Below, piece after piece: positions 16,464-24,722 of a stretch of DNA of 25,440 bases. The DNA is from a virus. Its lineage: Duplodnaviria > Caudoviricetes. The notes under the pieces are model-generated. The model was given only the letters and a program-made list of their open reading frames with translations, did no database searches and had not been told where the DNA came from. The translations under genes and the position numbers were made by a program. Position 1 is the first letter of the stretch. Each line of letters opens with the position of its first letter. The DNA lies in the IMG/VR virus record IMGVR_UViG_3300025327_000654, positions 1 to 25,440 of that record; one strand, given 5' to 3'.

Positions 16464-17001
16464 AATTTCCGAACAACTGAAGTCTATTGGACTGGCAGAC
16501 TGGGCAAACATGGAGGATATCCGTGAGATATACGATTCTGTTTCCCGGTTAAAACCCGGACAAACGTACCTGGAGATTGGGGTTGCTTATGGTGCCAGTC
16601 TGGCGGTGGCCTGTCTTGCTGCCAACCCCGGGGTTGATCTATATGGCATTGATAGTATAGACCAACCCGGAAGAACGGAAAACATCGAGAGGTTTCTGAA
16701 GTTAAATAATAAGGAAAAACCTGTCTGGGTTTTTATAAACTCTGATTCCCAGATGGAGGCCAAGTCCTGGGAAAGGGGAGAAATAAACGTCTTATATATC
16801 GACGGCGATCATACCGAAGAGGGGGTTTTGCGGGATATGGTATCTTGGCTTCCTTGGGTGGAAATAGGGGGAAAGATCATATTTGACGACTACAATGAAA
16901 AGACTGGTGTGAAAAGGGCGGTTGACCGAATAATCCTGAACAACAATTTGTACTCGGATTTTCTCGTCGATCACGAAAACTTTACTTGCCATAGATTTTA
17001 A
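16447..17001 (+). CDS. Class I SAM-dependent methyltransferase (Methyltransf_24-like)
   Basis: LEIGVAYGAS, YIDGDH and IIFDDY; ATG 16447 preferred over the upstream overlapping start. Confidence 0.88.
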   Translation: MDLYNKISEQLKSIGLADWANMEDIREIYDSVSRLKPGQTYLEIGVAYGASLAVACLAANPGVDLYGIDSIDQPGRTENIERFLKLNNKEKPVWVFINSDSQMEAKSWERGEINVLYIDGDHTEEGVLRDMVSWLPWVEIGGKIIFDDYNEKTGVKRAVDRIILNNNLYSDFLVDHENFTCHRF

Positions 17002-17003
17002 CA

Positions 17004-17960
17004 ATGACCATCAACTTTGTCGGCAACTACCAAAACGGCTATGTGGGCGAAATATCTGATGAGTCTCATATTGCCAGGGAGTTAGAGTCGGTGGGTAATA
17101 AAGTTGTCCGGGTTCCCAGAGACGTATGGAAAGCGCATGTGGACGGCTATGAAAAACAACCGGATTGGGTATTACCCGATGAAAACGCTGACATAAACAT
17201 TGTGGCCAAGTGGCCCCACTTTGACCATTGGAAGTATGTTGACTGGTTGAGGAAGATGACTAACGCTCCGGTTTTCTACTGGGTTTGGGATTACATGAAT
17301 GAGTTTGACCCAGAGAATTGGAACGTCAAGATGGCCATAGCTTCTGACCTATATTTAACCGGAGAAGGCGGCTTGATTGGAAAGTATCGAGAAGCTGGGA
17401 TACCGGCCTACTATTTTCAGATGGATGTGTGTGATGGAAATATTAAGCGGTTTAAGGATGAAGAGAAAAAATATGATGTAATTTTTACGGGGAGTATGAT
17501 ACAGAAGGGCCATCGCCGGGATTGGTTGGTGGAAATCAACAACCAGATTCCGGTGAAGGTCTTTTCGTGGAATTATGAAGAGTGGGCCAAATTGGGGTTA
17601 GACGCCAGCCCAGCGGTATATGGCGAGGAATACAACAAGTTGGTCGCTCAAAGCAAGGTGGTACTGGGATTTAACGTGGAACCCAACTGTTATGGCTACT
17701 GGTCAAACCGGGTGGGCAAGGTGTTGCGGGCATGGGGATATCTTCTTCAGGAATACGCACCTGGTATGGAGTCTCTGGTGGGTTATAACGTGGATTTTTT
17801 CAGTTCCCCAGGGGAAGCTATTGCTAAAGCCAAAAACCCCAAAGTTTATGTTAACGGACATATTCCCGATACTCACCGGTTCACTTCCGCATACAAAGCA
17901 GAACAATTAACGCAATTAATAGAGAGATTTTTGAAGAAGGGAGATGAATGGATAATATAA
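17004..17960 (+). CDS. Glycosyltransferase, GT-B fold (CgeB/Glyco_trans_1_2-like)
   Basis: YDVIFTGS, YGEEYNKLVAQSKVVLG and YWSNRV motifs. Confidence 0.8.
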   Translation: MTINFVGNYQNGYVGEISDESHIARELESVGNKVVRVPRDVWKAHVDGYEKQPDWVLPDENADINIVAKWPHFDHWKYVDWLRKMTNAPVFYWVWDYMNEFDPENWNVKMAIASDLYLTGEGGLIGKYREAGIPAYYFQMDVCDGNIKRFKDEEKKYDVIFTGSMIQKGHRRDWLVEINNQIPVKVFSWNYEEWAKLGLDASPAVYGEEYNKLVAQSKVVLGFNVEPNCYGYWSNRVGKVLRAWGYLLQEYAPGMESLVGYNVDFFSSPGEAIAKAKNPKVYVNGHIPDTHRFTSAYKAEQLTQLIERFLKKGDEWII

Positions 17961-19057
17961 AACACATTCCACTGTTCTGGCCCCACGTTACGGATTCTAT
18001 GCGTGAAGCCGTGGCTGCAACCCTGAAGACCAGGTGGATCGGTCAGGCCCACCAAGTGGATGAGTTTGAACAACAATTCCAGTCGGTTTTTCAGACATAC
18101 CCTGCGGTGGCCGTGAGTTCCGGTACGGCGGCTCTCCACCTGGCATATATTCTGGCTGGCATCAAGGATGGCGATGAAGTAATTTCCCCCGTTTTTACCT
18201 GTACTGCCACCAACATTCCCCTTTTGTATCAACGGGCAAAGATAGTGTTTGCCGATGTACAGGCCGATACCCTGAACATAGACCCGGAGGATGTTGCCAG
18301 AAAAGTAAATGAAAAAACCAAGGCCATTGTCTGTGTCCACTACGCTGGGTTGCCATGTGACATGGGTGGGTTACAAGCGATTGCCAAGAAGTGGAATATT
18401 CCCATAATTGAGGACGCCGCCCATGCCTACGGAGCGAAGTACCACGGCGTTCCGGTTGGGGGGATGAGTGAGTTTACTTGTTACTCTCTACAGGCCATCA
18501 AGACCATAACGACAGCTGATGGGGGTGTGTTGACTATTAAAGATCCAACCCTAGTCGATAAGGCTAAAAGGTTGAGGTGGTTTGGACTGGAAAGAAAAGC
18601 TGGGTTCAGGGCGAACTGGGAACAGGACATAACTGAAGTTGGGTACAAGTACCAGATGACGGATATATCTGCCTCGATGGGAAAGGCGGCACTGGGGGAA
18701 CTGGGCAGGATTCTCCAGTACCGTCGCCAGTTGTTTACCCGATATTCGGAACGACTTGCAAGCATCGAAGGAATATCCGTCATTAAAGGAAAGTACAATT
18801 ACACACACGGTGTATGGATACTAACCGTACTCGTGGAAAATAACCGTGAAAGTCTCATGAAAAAGTTGAGTGAAAAAGGAATAGAGAACGGGTTAGTTCA
18901 CTTTAGGAACGATCAGTACTCAATTTTTGGGGGGAAGAAGTTGGATCTGCCCAACATGAACGCTCTGGAGTCGAAATACCTAGTGTTGCCCCTTCACATG
19001 AACATGACCCTTGAGGACGTGGATTATGTTTGCGATAATGTAAAGGAGGGTTGGTAA
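17948..19057 (+). CDS. DegT/DnrJ/EryC1/StrS PLP-dependent sugar aminotransferase
   Basis: SSGTAALHLA, VHYAG, IEDAAHA, SLQAIKTITTADGG (PLP lysine) and LPLH. Confidence 0.95.
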   Translation: MDNIKHIPLFWPHVTDSMREAVAATLKTRWIGQAHQVDEFEQQFQSVFQTYPAVAVSSGTAALHLAYILAGIKDGDEVISPVFTCTATNIPLLYQRAKIVFADVQADTLNIDPEDVARKVNEKTKAIVCVHYAGLPCDMGGLQAIAKKWNIPIIEDAAHAYGAKYHGVPVGGMSEFTCYSLQAIKTITTADGGVLTIKDPTLVDKAKRLRWFGLERKAGFRANWEQDITEVGYKYQMTDISASMGKAALGELGRILQYRRQLFTRYSERLASIEGISVIKGKYNYTHGVWILTVLVENNRESLMKKLSEKGIENGLVHFRNDQYSIFGGKKLDLPNMNALESKYLVLPLHMNMTLEDVDYVCDNVKEGW

Positions 19058-19629
19058 TGACAGCAGAAGATGTAATCAGGGCTTGCTCAAAAATTCCATC
19101 ATCGGTTCACGAACCGGAACAGCGACTGTGGTGGGAAAAACTTCATGATTTGCCTGGACATCCGGTTATTGTGGACTTTGGTACTGGACACGGTAAGTCT
19201 GCCGCTTCTCTGGCTTTGTCTTGTCCACAGGGTATGGTATACACTTTCGATCCTGGCTTGCCGTATATCAACGCTGGATGCGATGAGCTGTGCTATGAAG
19301 AAGAAACCAAGAAGTTCATAGCTGATACCGGAGCCGTCAATGTTGTTTTTACCAGGGAGTCGTCTCTGGAAAAAGGGTGGCCAGGGGCAAATATCGACGT
19401 TTTGAACATAGATTCCGATCACACTTATGAAACAACCCTGCTGGAAGTAGGTAGGTGGGTTCCCCTGGTTAAGCCTGGTGGGTATATTTTCTTGCACGAC
19501 TGGGAACATCCCCGATGTCCGGGGGTAAGACAGGCCTGGGATGAATTGGTGCCATCTAAGATCAAAGCTGAATTCCAGTACGCTACTCAAGCCGGTGAGA
19601 TTAAATGTGCGTGGTCAATAAAGCTATGA
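19057..19629 (+). CDS. Class I SAM-dependent methyltransferase (Methyltransf_24-like)
   Basis: VDFGTGHGKS, IDSDHTY and LVKPGGYIFLHD; SD AAGGAGG before ATG 19057. Confidence 0.88.
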   Translation: MTAEDVIRACSKIPSSVHEPEQRLWWEKLHDLPGHPVIVDFGTGHGKSAASLALSCPQGMVYTFDPGLPYINAGCDELCYEEETKKFIADTGAVNVVFTRESSLEKGWPGANIDVLNIDSDHTYETTLLEVGRWVPLVKPGGYIFLHDWEHPRCPGVRQAWDELVPSKIKAEFQYATQAGEIKCAWSIKL

Positions 19630-20477
19630 AATGTGTTGTGAGTGGAAGTAGGGGTTTCTTAGGGTCTAATCTTGTCAAAAGGCTGGAGAGCGACGGTCAC
19701 GAAGTAATCGGATGGGATATTGTGGACGGAAACGACGTGTGTGGATCTCTTCCGAAGATTATAGACGTTGATGCCGTATTTCACCTAGCTTGCCCGGTTA
19801 ATCCTGCAAACTATGAAAGTGTCGCTATAAAAACAATAAACGCCAGTTCGGTTGGTACCCTGAACATGATCTATTTTTCGTTGCTTAACCACGCTAAATT
19901 TCTTTATGTTTCATCTTCCGAGGTATATGGAAATGTTTACAACGAACCGTACAAGGAGAGTGACGACGTGACTGTAAACTCAACTGGGTTGAGATCTTTC
20001 TACGATATCTCTAAATTATTCGGAGAAGTTACCACCTTGAATTATCACAGGTACGAAGGGGTGGATGCCAGAATAATCCGACCCTTCAATATTTATGGGC
20101 CAGGGATGAGGATAAACGATACCAGGGTTATTCCGTCTTTCATGCGGAGGATTAAAGAGGGATTGCCAGTGAAAGTGACTGGAGAAGGGAAAGCTACTAG
20201 GACATACTGCTATGTTGACGACTTCATTGAAGGCATGGTCAGGGCCATGTGGCATCCGAATACCAATGGAGAGATATTTAACTTGGGAACGTCGGAATTG
20301 ATGTCTGTCAAGGATCTGGCTTTTCTCATGGCGGCTGAAATTGAATTTGCACCGGCTCGGGCGGATGAGCAGAAAGATCGGATGCCAAACCTCGACAAAG
20401 CCAAGAAGATTCTGGGTTGGGAACCTAAAGTTAACCTCAAAGGGGGATTGGAGGAAATGTGGAAAAGTTATCCGTAA
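19626..20477 (+). CDS. NAD-dependent epimerase/dehydratase, UDP-glucuronate decarboxylase-like
   Basis: GSRGFLG, FHLACP, SSSEVYG, RSFYDISK (YxxxK), RPFNIYGPGM..DTRVI and TRTYCYVDD; ATGA-coupled start. Confidence 0.88.
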   Translation: MKCVVSGSRGFLGSNLVKRLESDGHEVIGWDIVDGNDVCGSLPKIIDVDAVFHLACPVNPANYESVAIKTINASSVGTLNMIYFSLLNHAKFLYVSSSEVYGNVYNEPYKESDDVTVNSTGLRSFYDISKLFGEVTTLNYHRYEGVDARIIRPFNIYGPGMRINDTRVIPSFMRRIKEGLPVKVTGEGKATRTYCYVDDFIEGMVRAMWHPNTNGEIFNLGTSELMSVKDLAFLMAAEIEFAPARADEQKDRMPNLDKAKKILGWEPKVNLKGGLEEMWKSYP

Positions 20478-21388
20478 TTATCGCCACCATCAACGATTCG
20501 ATTGCTACCAATTTAACGATTGCCCAGATTTTGGTACAGCTAGAAAGAGACAGAATGGATTATGAAATTATAGTTGTGGATAACGGCAGTGAAGAAATAG
20601 AGAAGATGAACCTACATGAGTTCATCCGGTTCCACAAAGACTTTCCCATTTCCTACCACAAGTATCCAATACAAGGAACCATTCCCCCCCACTCGTATGG
20701 GGTGACAGTTGCCACGGGAAAGTACATAACGATGCCTGATCCCCATTTAATCTTTTCTCCCAGCTACTTCAGAACCATGATTGATTCTTTGAACAACCTG
20801 GGGGCGAAAGTGGTGTTTTCCCCGTTTGGGGTGGGTTGTATTACCAAACGTGACGGGGAGTACATTTGTGAAAGCCACTTAATTAGTCCCAACCCCTTTG
20901 GCCGGGTCAACTCGATTGGCCGAAGTTGTCTACGGGACATTCCCCCGTTTCCCATTCCATCGAATACCCTGTCTGGCTTTGTGGCCGAAAAAGACTGGAT
21001 GATGAAAATTGGTAACTTGTTCCCCGAAGCGTTTGAAAAGTCCGGTGGACATACGGCGGAGAGTCTGATGTTGGGACTGACCACCTGGATGTTTGGGGGC
21101 AAGTGCTGGGCTGAACCAAGTGCAGTTATTGACCATCCCATGTATCGAAACGGTCACGGTGGTGGTAGGAACGCCAATATGTGCCTGTCGATGGCGACTG
21201 GAGCGTATATCCTGGGTGGTCAGAAGTATCTAGACGACATGGAGTACAACTATGGCAAGTTTGTTGCCGGGGATTTGGAGGAGATACCCGCAGTTGCGTA
21301 TTCAGCCAGAAAGTATGTTATAGACAACGCCAAGTATACCCTGGACGAGTTAGTTAATAACTGGGAACAGATTAAAAATGAAAGCTAG
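20459..21388 (+). CDS. Glycosyltransferase family 2-like
   Basis: LSVIIA, YEIIVVDNGS and ATGKYITMPDPH; GTG start with GGAGG. Confidence 0.82.
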   Translation: MEKLSVIIATINDSIATNLTIAQILVQLERDRMDYEIIVVDNGSEEIEKMNLHEFIRFHKDFPISYHKYPIQGTIPPHSYGVTVATGKYITMPDPHLIFSPSYFRTMIDSLNNLGAKVVFSPFGVGCITKRDGEYICESHLISPNPFGRVNSIGRSCLRDIPPFPIPSNTLSGFVAEKDWMMKIGNLFPEAFEKSGGHTAESLMLGLTTWMFGGKCWAEPSAVIDHPMYRNGHGGGRNANMCLSMATGAYILGGQKYLDDMEYNYGKFVAGDLEEIPAVAYSARKYVIDNAKYTLDELVNNWEQIKNES

Positions 21389-22514
21389 AAAGAACTGTAG
21401 ATTGTGCAATTCCAGGAATCTGGTGCCGGTGATTGATCTGGGAGATACCCCCCTAGCCGGTACATTCCTAAAAGCCGAAGAAGTGGGTAGGGAGAAATAC
21501 TATCCCTTGCAAATATCCAGGTGTCGGGACTGTTCTGCCGTTCAACTCCTGCATACGGTTCCCAAGGAAGAACTATTCCAGTCGTTTCTATCCTCCGTGG
21601 CCATGACTAAACACTTTGAAGACTACGCCGAGGAGTTGGTTAAAAAGGATCTGATTAGGCCAGGGAACTTTGTTGTAGAAATTGGCAGTAACGATGGGGT
21701 TCTATTAAAACCGCTGAAAGATTTGGGGATGAAGGTCTTGGGAATTGACCCCATCGAAAGCATCGCCAGGATTGCCAGAAAGAAAGGAATCAAGACCATC
21801 AACGAGTTTTTCTCCTGGGAATTGGCTAAGAAGATCGGCAAGAAGGCCGACATGGTTTTAGCCAACAACGTCTTCGCCCATATTGACGATCTGGATGAAG
21901 TGATGAAAGGAATCCAGGTCATGCTTAAAGATGACGGGCTATTTGTTTTCGAGGTTCATTTCCTGGTAGACATGGTTGAGAAACTCCAATACGACACCAT
22001 TTACCACGAACACATGAACTACTTTTCCATAGCTTCTCTGGCACCATTCCTCAAAAAGTACGGATTTGAGATTCTGGAAGTCAAACGGATTCCTACTCAT
22101 TCGGGGTCGATTCGGGTCTACGCTAAACAATTCCCCCCGGAGAGATTGAGGACTTTTGTGGACGATGTTGTCCAAAGAAGATTGGAATTGATGAACCTTC
22201 TCTTTGATTTGCGAGACAAAGACAAAACAATCGTGGGCTATGGAGCCGCTGGTCGGGCCAATACCCTGCTTAATTATTGCCGTATTAACGAAAACTTGAT
22301 TTCTTGCATCATTGACGAATCACCGGCTAGGTATGACAAATATACTCCAGGTTCCCATATCCCGGTGTTATCACCTGACAAAGTAGATTTGAAAGCGGTG
22401 GATTACGTCTTGATTTTAGCCTGGAATTACAAAGACCAGATTATACAGAAAGCCAGGGATGTTGGTTTCAAGGGCAAGTTTATTGTGCCATTGCCCAAGG
22501 TAGAAATAATATGA
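21378..22514 (+). CDS. NDP-sugar C-methyltransferase (zinc-binding N-terminus, TylC3/TcaB9-like)
   Basis: CRLC...CRDC, EIGSNDG, IYHEH, HSGSIR, GYGAAGRANTLLNY and LAWNY. Confidence 0.92.
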   Translation: MKARKNCRLCNSRNLVPVIDLGDTPLAGTFLKAEEVGREKYYPLQISRCRDCSAVQLLHTVPKEELFQSFLSSVAMTKHFEDYAEELVKKDLIRPGNFVVEIGSNDGVLLKPLKDLGMKVLGIDPIESIARIARKKGIKTINEFFSWELAKKIGKKADMVLANNVFAHIDDLDEVMKGIQVMLKDDGLFVFEVHFLVDMVEKLQYDTIYHEHMNYFSIASLAPFLKKYGFEILEVKRIPTHSGSIRVYAKQFPPERLRTFVDDVVQRRLELMNLLFDLRDKDKTIVGYGAAGRANTLLNYCRINENLISCIIDESPARYDKYTPGSHIPVLSPDKVDLKAVDYVLILAWNYKDQIIQKARDVGFKGKFIVPLPKVEII

Positions 22515-23200
22515 ATTTGATAATCTCCCCCATTTACAACGCTATTTTAGAAACGGCGGCGATGGTAAACGCTATCGACCAGTTCAGTACCATGCCGTTT
22601 GTCCACATCCTAGTTGATGACAACTCAACCATCCCCGTTTCGGAGAATGTCCGGGCAACAAAGAATCGCAGGGTTTTGAGGATTAACAGCGACGTACCCG
22701 ACTGGATTCACAAAAGCCAGTTGGGACAAGCTGTCCAGCTTGGATATGACTATGCCACGCAGGAATGGATGAACGAGATCCCCAAACAGCCAATCGACCA
22801 TGTATTTCTGATTGAAAGCGATGTGGTAGTCAAGGCTGACTGGGACAAGAAGCAAATTGACCTGATCCCAACCCTACCGGAAGATTGGGCCAGTTTGGAT
22901 GTGCAATCGGTGGATACGGACGGTAGGTTGACCTACCCGACTGTAATCTCTCCCCGCCACGGTTTCGTGCGAGACGACCTAGAACACCAGCACTATGCTG
23001 ACTTCCAATGCACGTTATTCAACCCACTCGTGTTACCAGAGAAGAGTGGGGTGAAGTTTTCCGATTTTCGCAGTCATTTTGATATTCTGTGGTCGAGGAA
23101 GATTGAAGAGTTGACCGGCAGGAAGCACTACCGCACCATGTTAATTAACGCCTTTCACTACGGCTCGGCAAGCCGGAGTACCCTGCCTAAAGAACTATGA
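22511..23200 (+). CDS. Glycosyltransferase family 2-like (GT-A)
   Basis: IISPIYN, ILVDDNS and LIESDV; ATGA overlap. Confidence 0.75.
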   Translation: MNLIISPIYNAILETAAMVNAIDQFSTMPFVHILVDDNSTIPVSENVRATKNRRVLRINSDVPDWIHKSQLGQAVQLGYDYATQEWMNEIPKQPIDHVFLIESDVVVKADWDKKQIDLIPTLPEDWASLDVQSVDTDGRLTYPTVISPRHGFVRDDLEHQHYADFQCTLFNPLVLPEKSGVKFSDFRSHFDILWSRKIEELTGRKHYRTMLINAFHYGSASRSTLPKEL

Positions 23201-24138
23201 AAATTGCAGTTGCAGACAACAACGGGGGCAAATTCTCCATGATGATTATGGATCACTGGAGAGACAAGGGCCATGAAGTTAAGTGGGAGCCTGGAGCCAA
23301 CCCCGCTCTCATGGACTGGGCAGATTTGTACTATGTCGACGTTTGGGATTCCAACATCCACTGCCTACTTAACTACTGCCGGGACAACAACTACACTCCC
23401 AAGTGTAAGTTCGCCGTCCGGCCCATCGACTGGGATATCTGGGTACGGGGTGTGAGGTGTCAGTGGATGGTGGACATGATCGACTATTTCATCTGCATTT
23501 CTCCATTTCTCTGGCGATGGCTTCTGGCCGAGAAAGACGACGCTACCGGGCAACCGATCCAGTGGGGTGACAAACTGCATATGATCCAGCCGGGGTTGGA
23601 TCTGGACAAGTTTCCTCTGAAGACCAGTGAGACAGACGGATTCCAAGTGGGCATGGTAACGGGCAATATGTGGGAACTCAAGGGGCCGATGTTGGGACTG
23701 AACATCTTTGCCGACCTAGCTTTGAAAGACCCTCGATGGAAGCTACATATCCGGGGTCAGTTGTCCGAAACCCAGTATCACAAACTCATGTATCCCCACT
23801 TCATTAAGAGCCGGGGGTTAAAAGACCGGGTGACGATCCACGGTAACTACGACGACATGAACCGCTTTTACGAGCAGGTTGACTTGCTTCTGGTTCCATC
23901 TTTGAAAGAGGGGTTTTCATATGCTACCGCTGAAGCTATGTCCAAAGGCATCCCGTGTGTCATCAACAACTTTATGGGATCGGAAGAGATATGGCCGAAA
24001 GAATGTATCTACAATACTTCCAGCCAGGCTATCGCTCTCATTGAAAGGGGCGGGTGTATGAATTACCGAAAATATATGGAAGACCATTACTCTGCTAAAA
24101 AAATGTTTAACGAGTACGATAAATTATTAGGCACATGA
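23197..24138 (+). CDS. Glycosyltransferase, GT-B fold (GT4)
   Basis: PGLDLDKF, ELKG and LLVPSLKEGFSYATAEAMSKG (E-x7-E). Confidence 0.92.
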   Translation: MKIAVADNNGGKFSMMIMDHWRDKGHEVKWEPGANPALMDWADLYYVDVWDSNIHCLLNYCRDNNYTPKCKFAVRPIDWDIWVRGVRCQWMVDMIDYFICISPFLWRWLLAEKDDATGQPIQWGDKLHMIQPGLDLDKFPLKTSETDGFQVGMVTGNMWELKGPMLGLNIFADLALKDPRWKLHIRGQLSETQYHKLMYPHFIKSRGLKDRVTIHGNYDDMNRFYEQVDLLLVPSLKEGFSYATAEAMSKGIPCVINNFMGSEEIWPKECIYNTSSQAIALIERGGCMNYRKYMEDHYSAKKMFNEYDKLLGT

Positions 24139-24722
24139 AAAAAGATATCGCTGTTTCATTAGATGACTTTTGTGATGACTACAAGAATAACGCCATGAAC
24201 TACCTCTGGTGGCTAAAATCTAAATATCCCACGTTTTGTGTGACCCTATTTACTATTCCCAACCGTATATCAGGTTCAGCTTTGTGGCTGATGCGGCAAA
24301 ACTCCAGTTGGATGCAGTTTGCCGTCCACGGCTGGAATCACGACCTAGAAGAAGTCATGGCCTGGGACATAGACGAGTGCAATGGGGTGCTGGATGCTTG
24401 TGAGGCAATGGGGGTCTTCAAAAAGGGTTTCAAGGCTCCCAACTGGGCTATCTCTGAAACAATGATGGACGTATTGGCCAGGCGGGGATATTGGCTGGCT
24501 TCTAAGGAAACCATGAACTTTCCGGGATTAAAGGAGTTTCCGCTTTCACACCCCTGGTGTATGCACGGCCATACCTGGGATTTAAACAATCCAGATCCGT
24601 CTTTCAACAATGGCATCCGACAATGGATTGAGGAGAAGGGGTTACCATTTGACGAGAACACCAATTTTCACATGATTGACCACGTTATGAATCCCAAAAA
24701 CAACCCCGTAAGTCATGGATAA
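24135..24722 (+). CDS. Polysaccharide deacetylase-like protein (NodB/CE4 or DUF2334-like)
   Basis: SLDD, VTLF, VHGWNH, GFKAPNW and HGH motifs. Confidence 0.75.
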   Translation: MKKDIAVSLDDFCDDYKNNAMNYLWWLKSKYPTFCVTLFTIPNRISGSALWLMRQNSSWMQFAVHGWNHDLEEVMAWDIDECNGVLDACEAMGVFKKGFKAPNWAISETMMDVLARRGYWLASKETMNFPGLKEFPLSHPWCMHGHTWDLNNPDPSFNNGIRQWIEEKGLPFDENTNFHMIDHVMNPKNNPVSHG

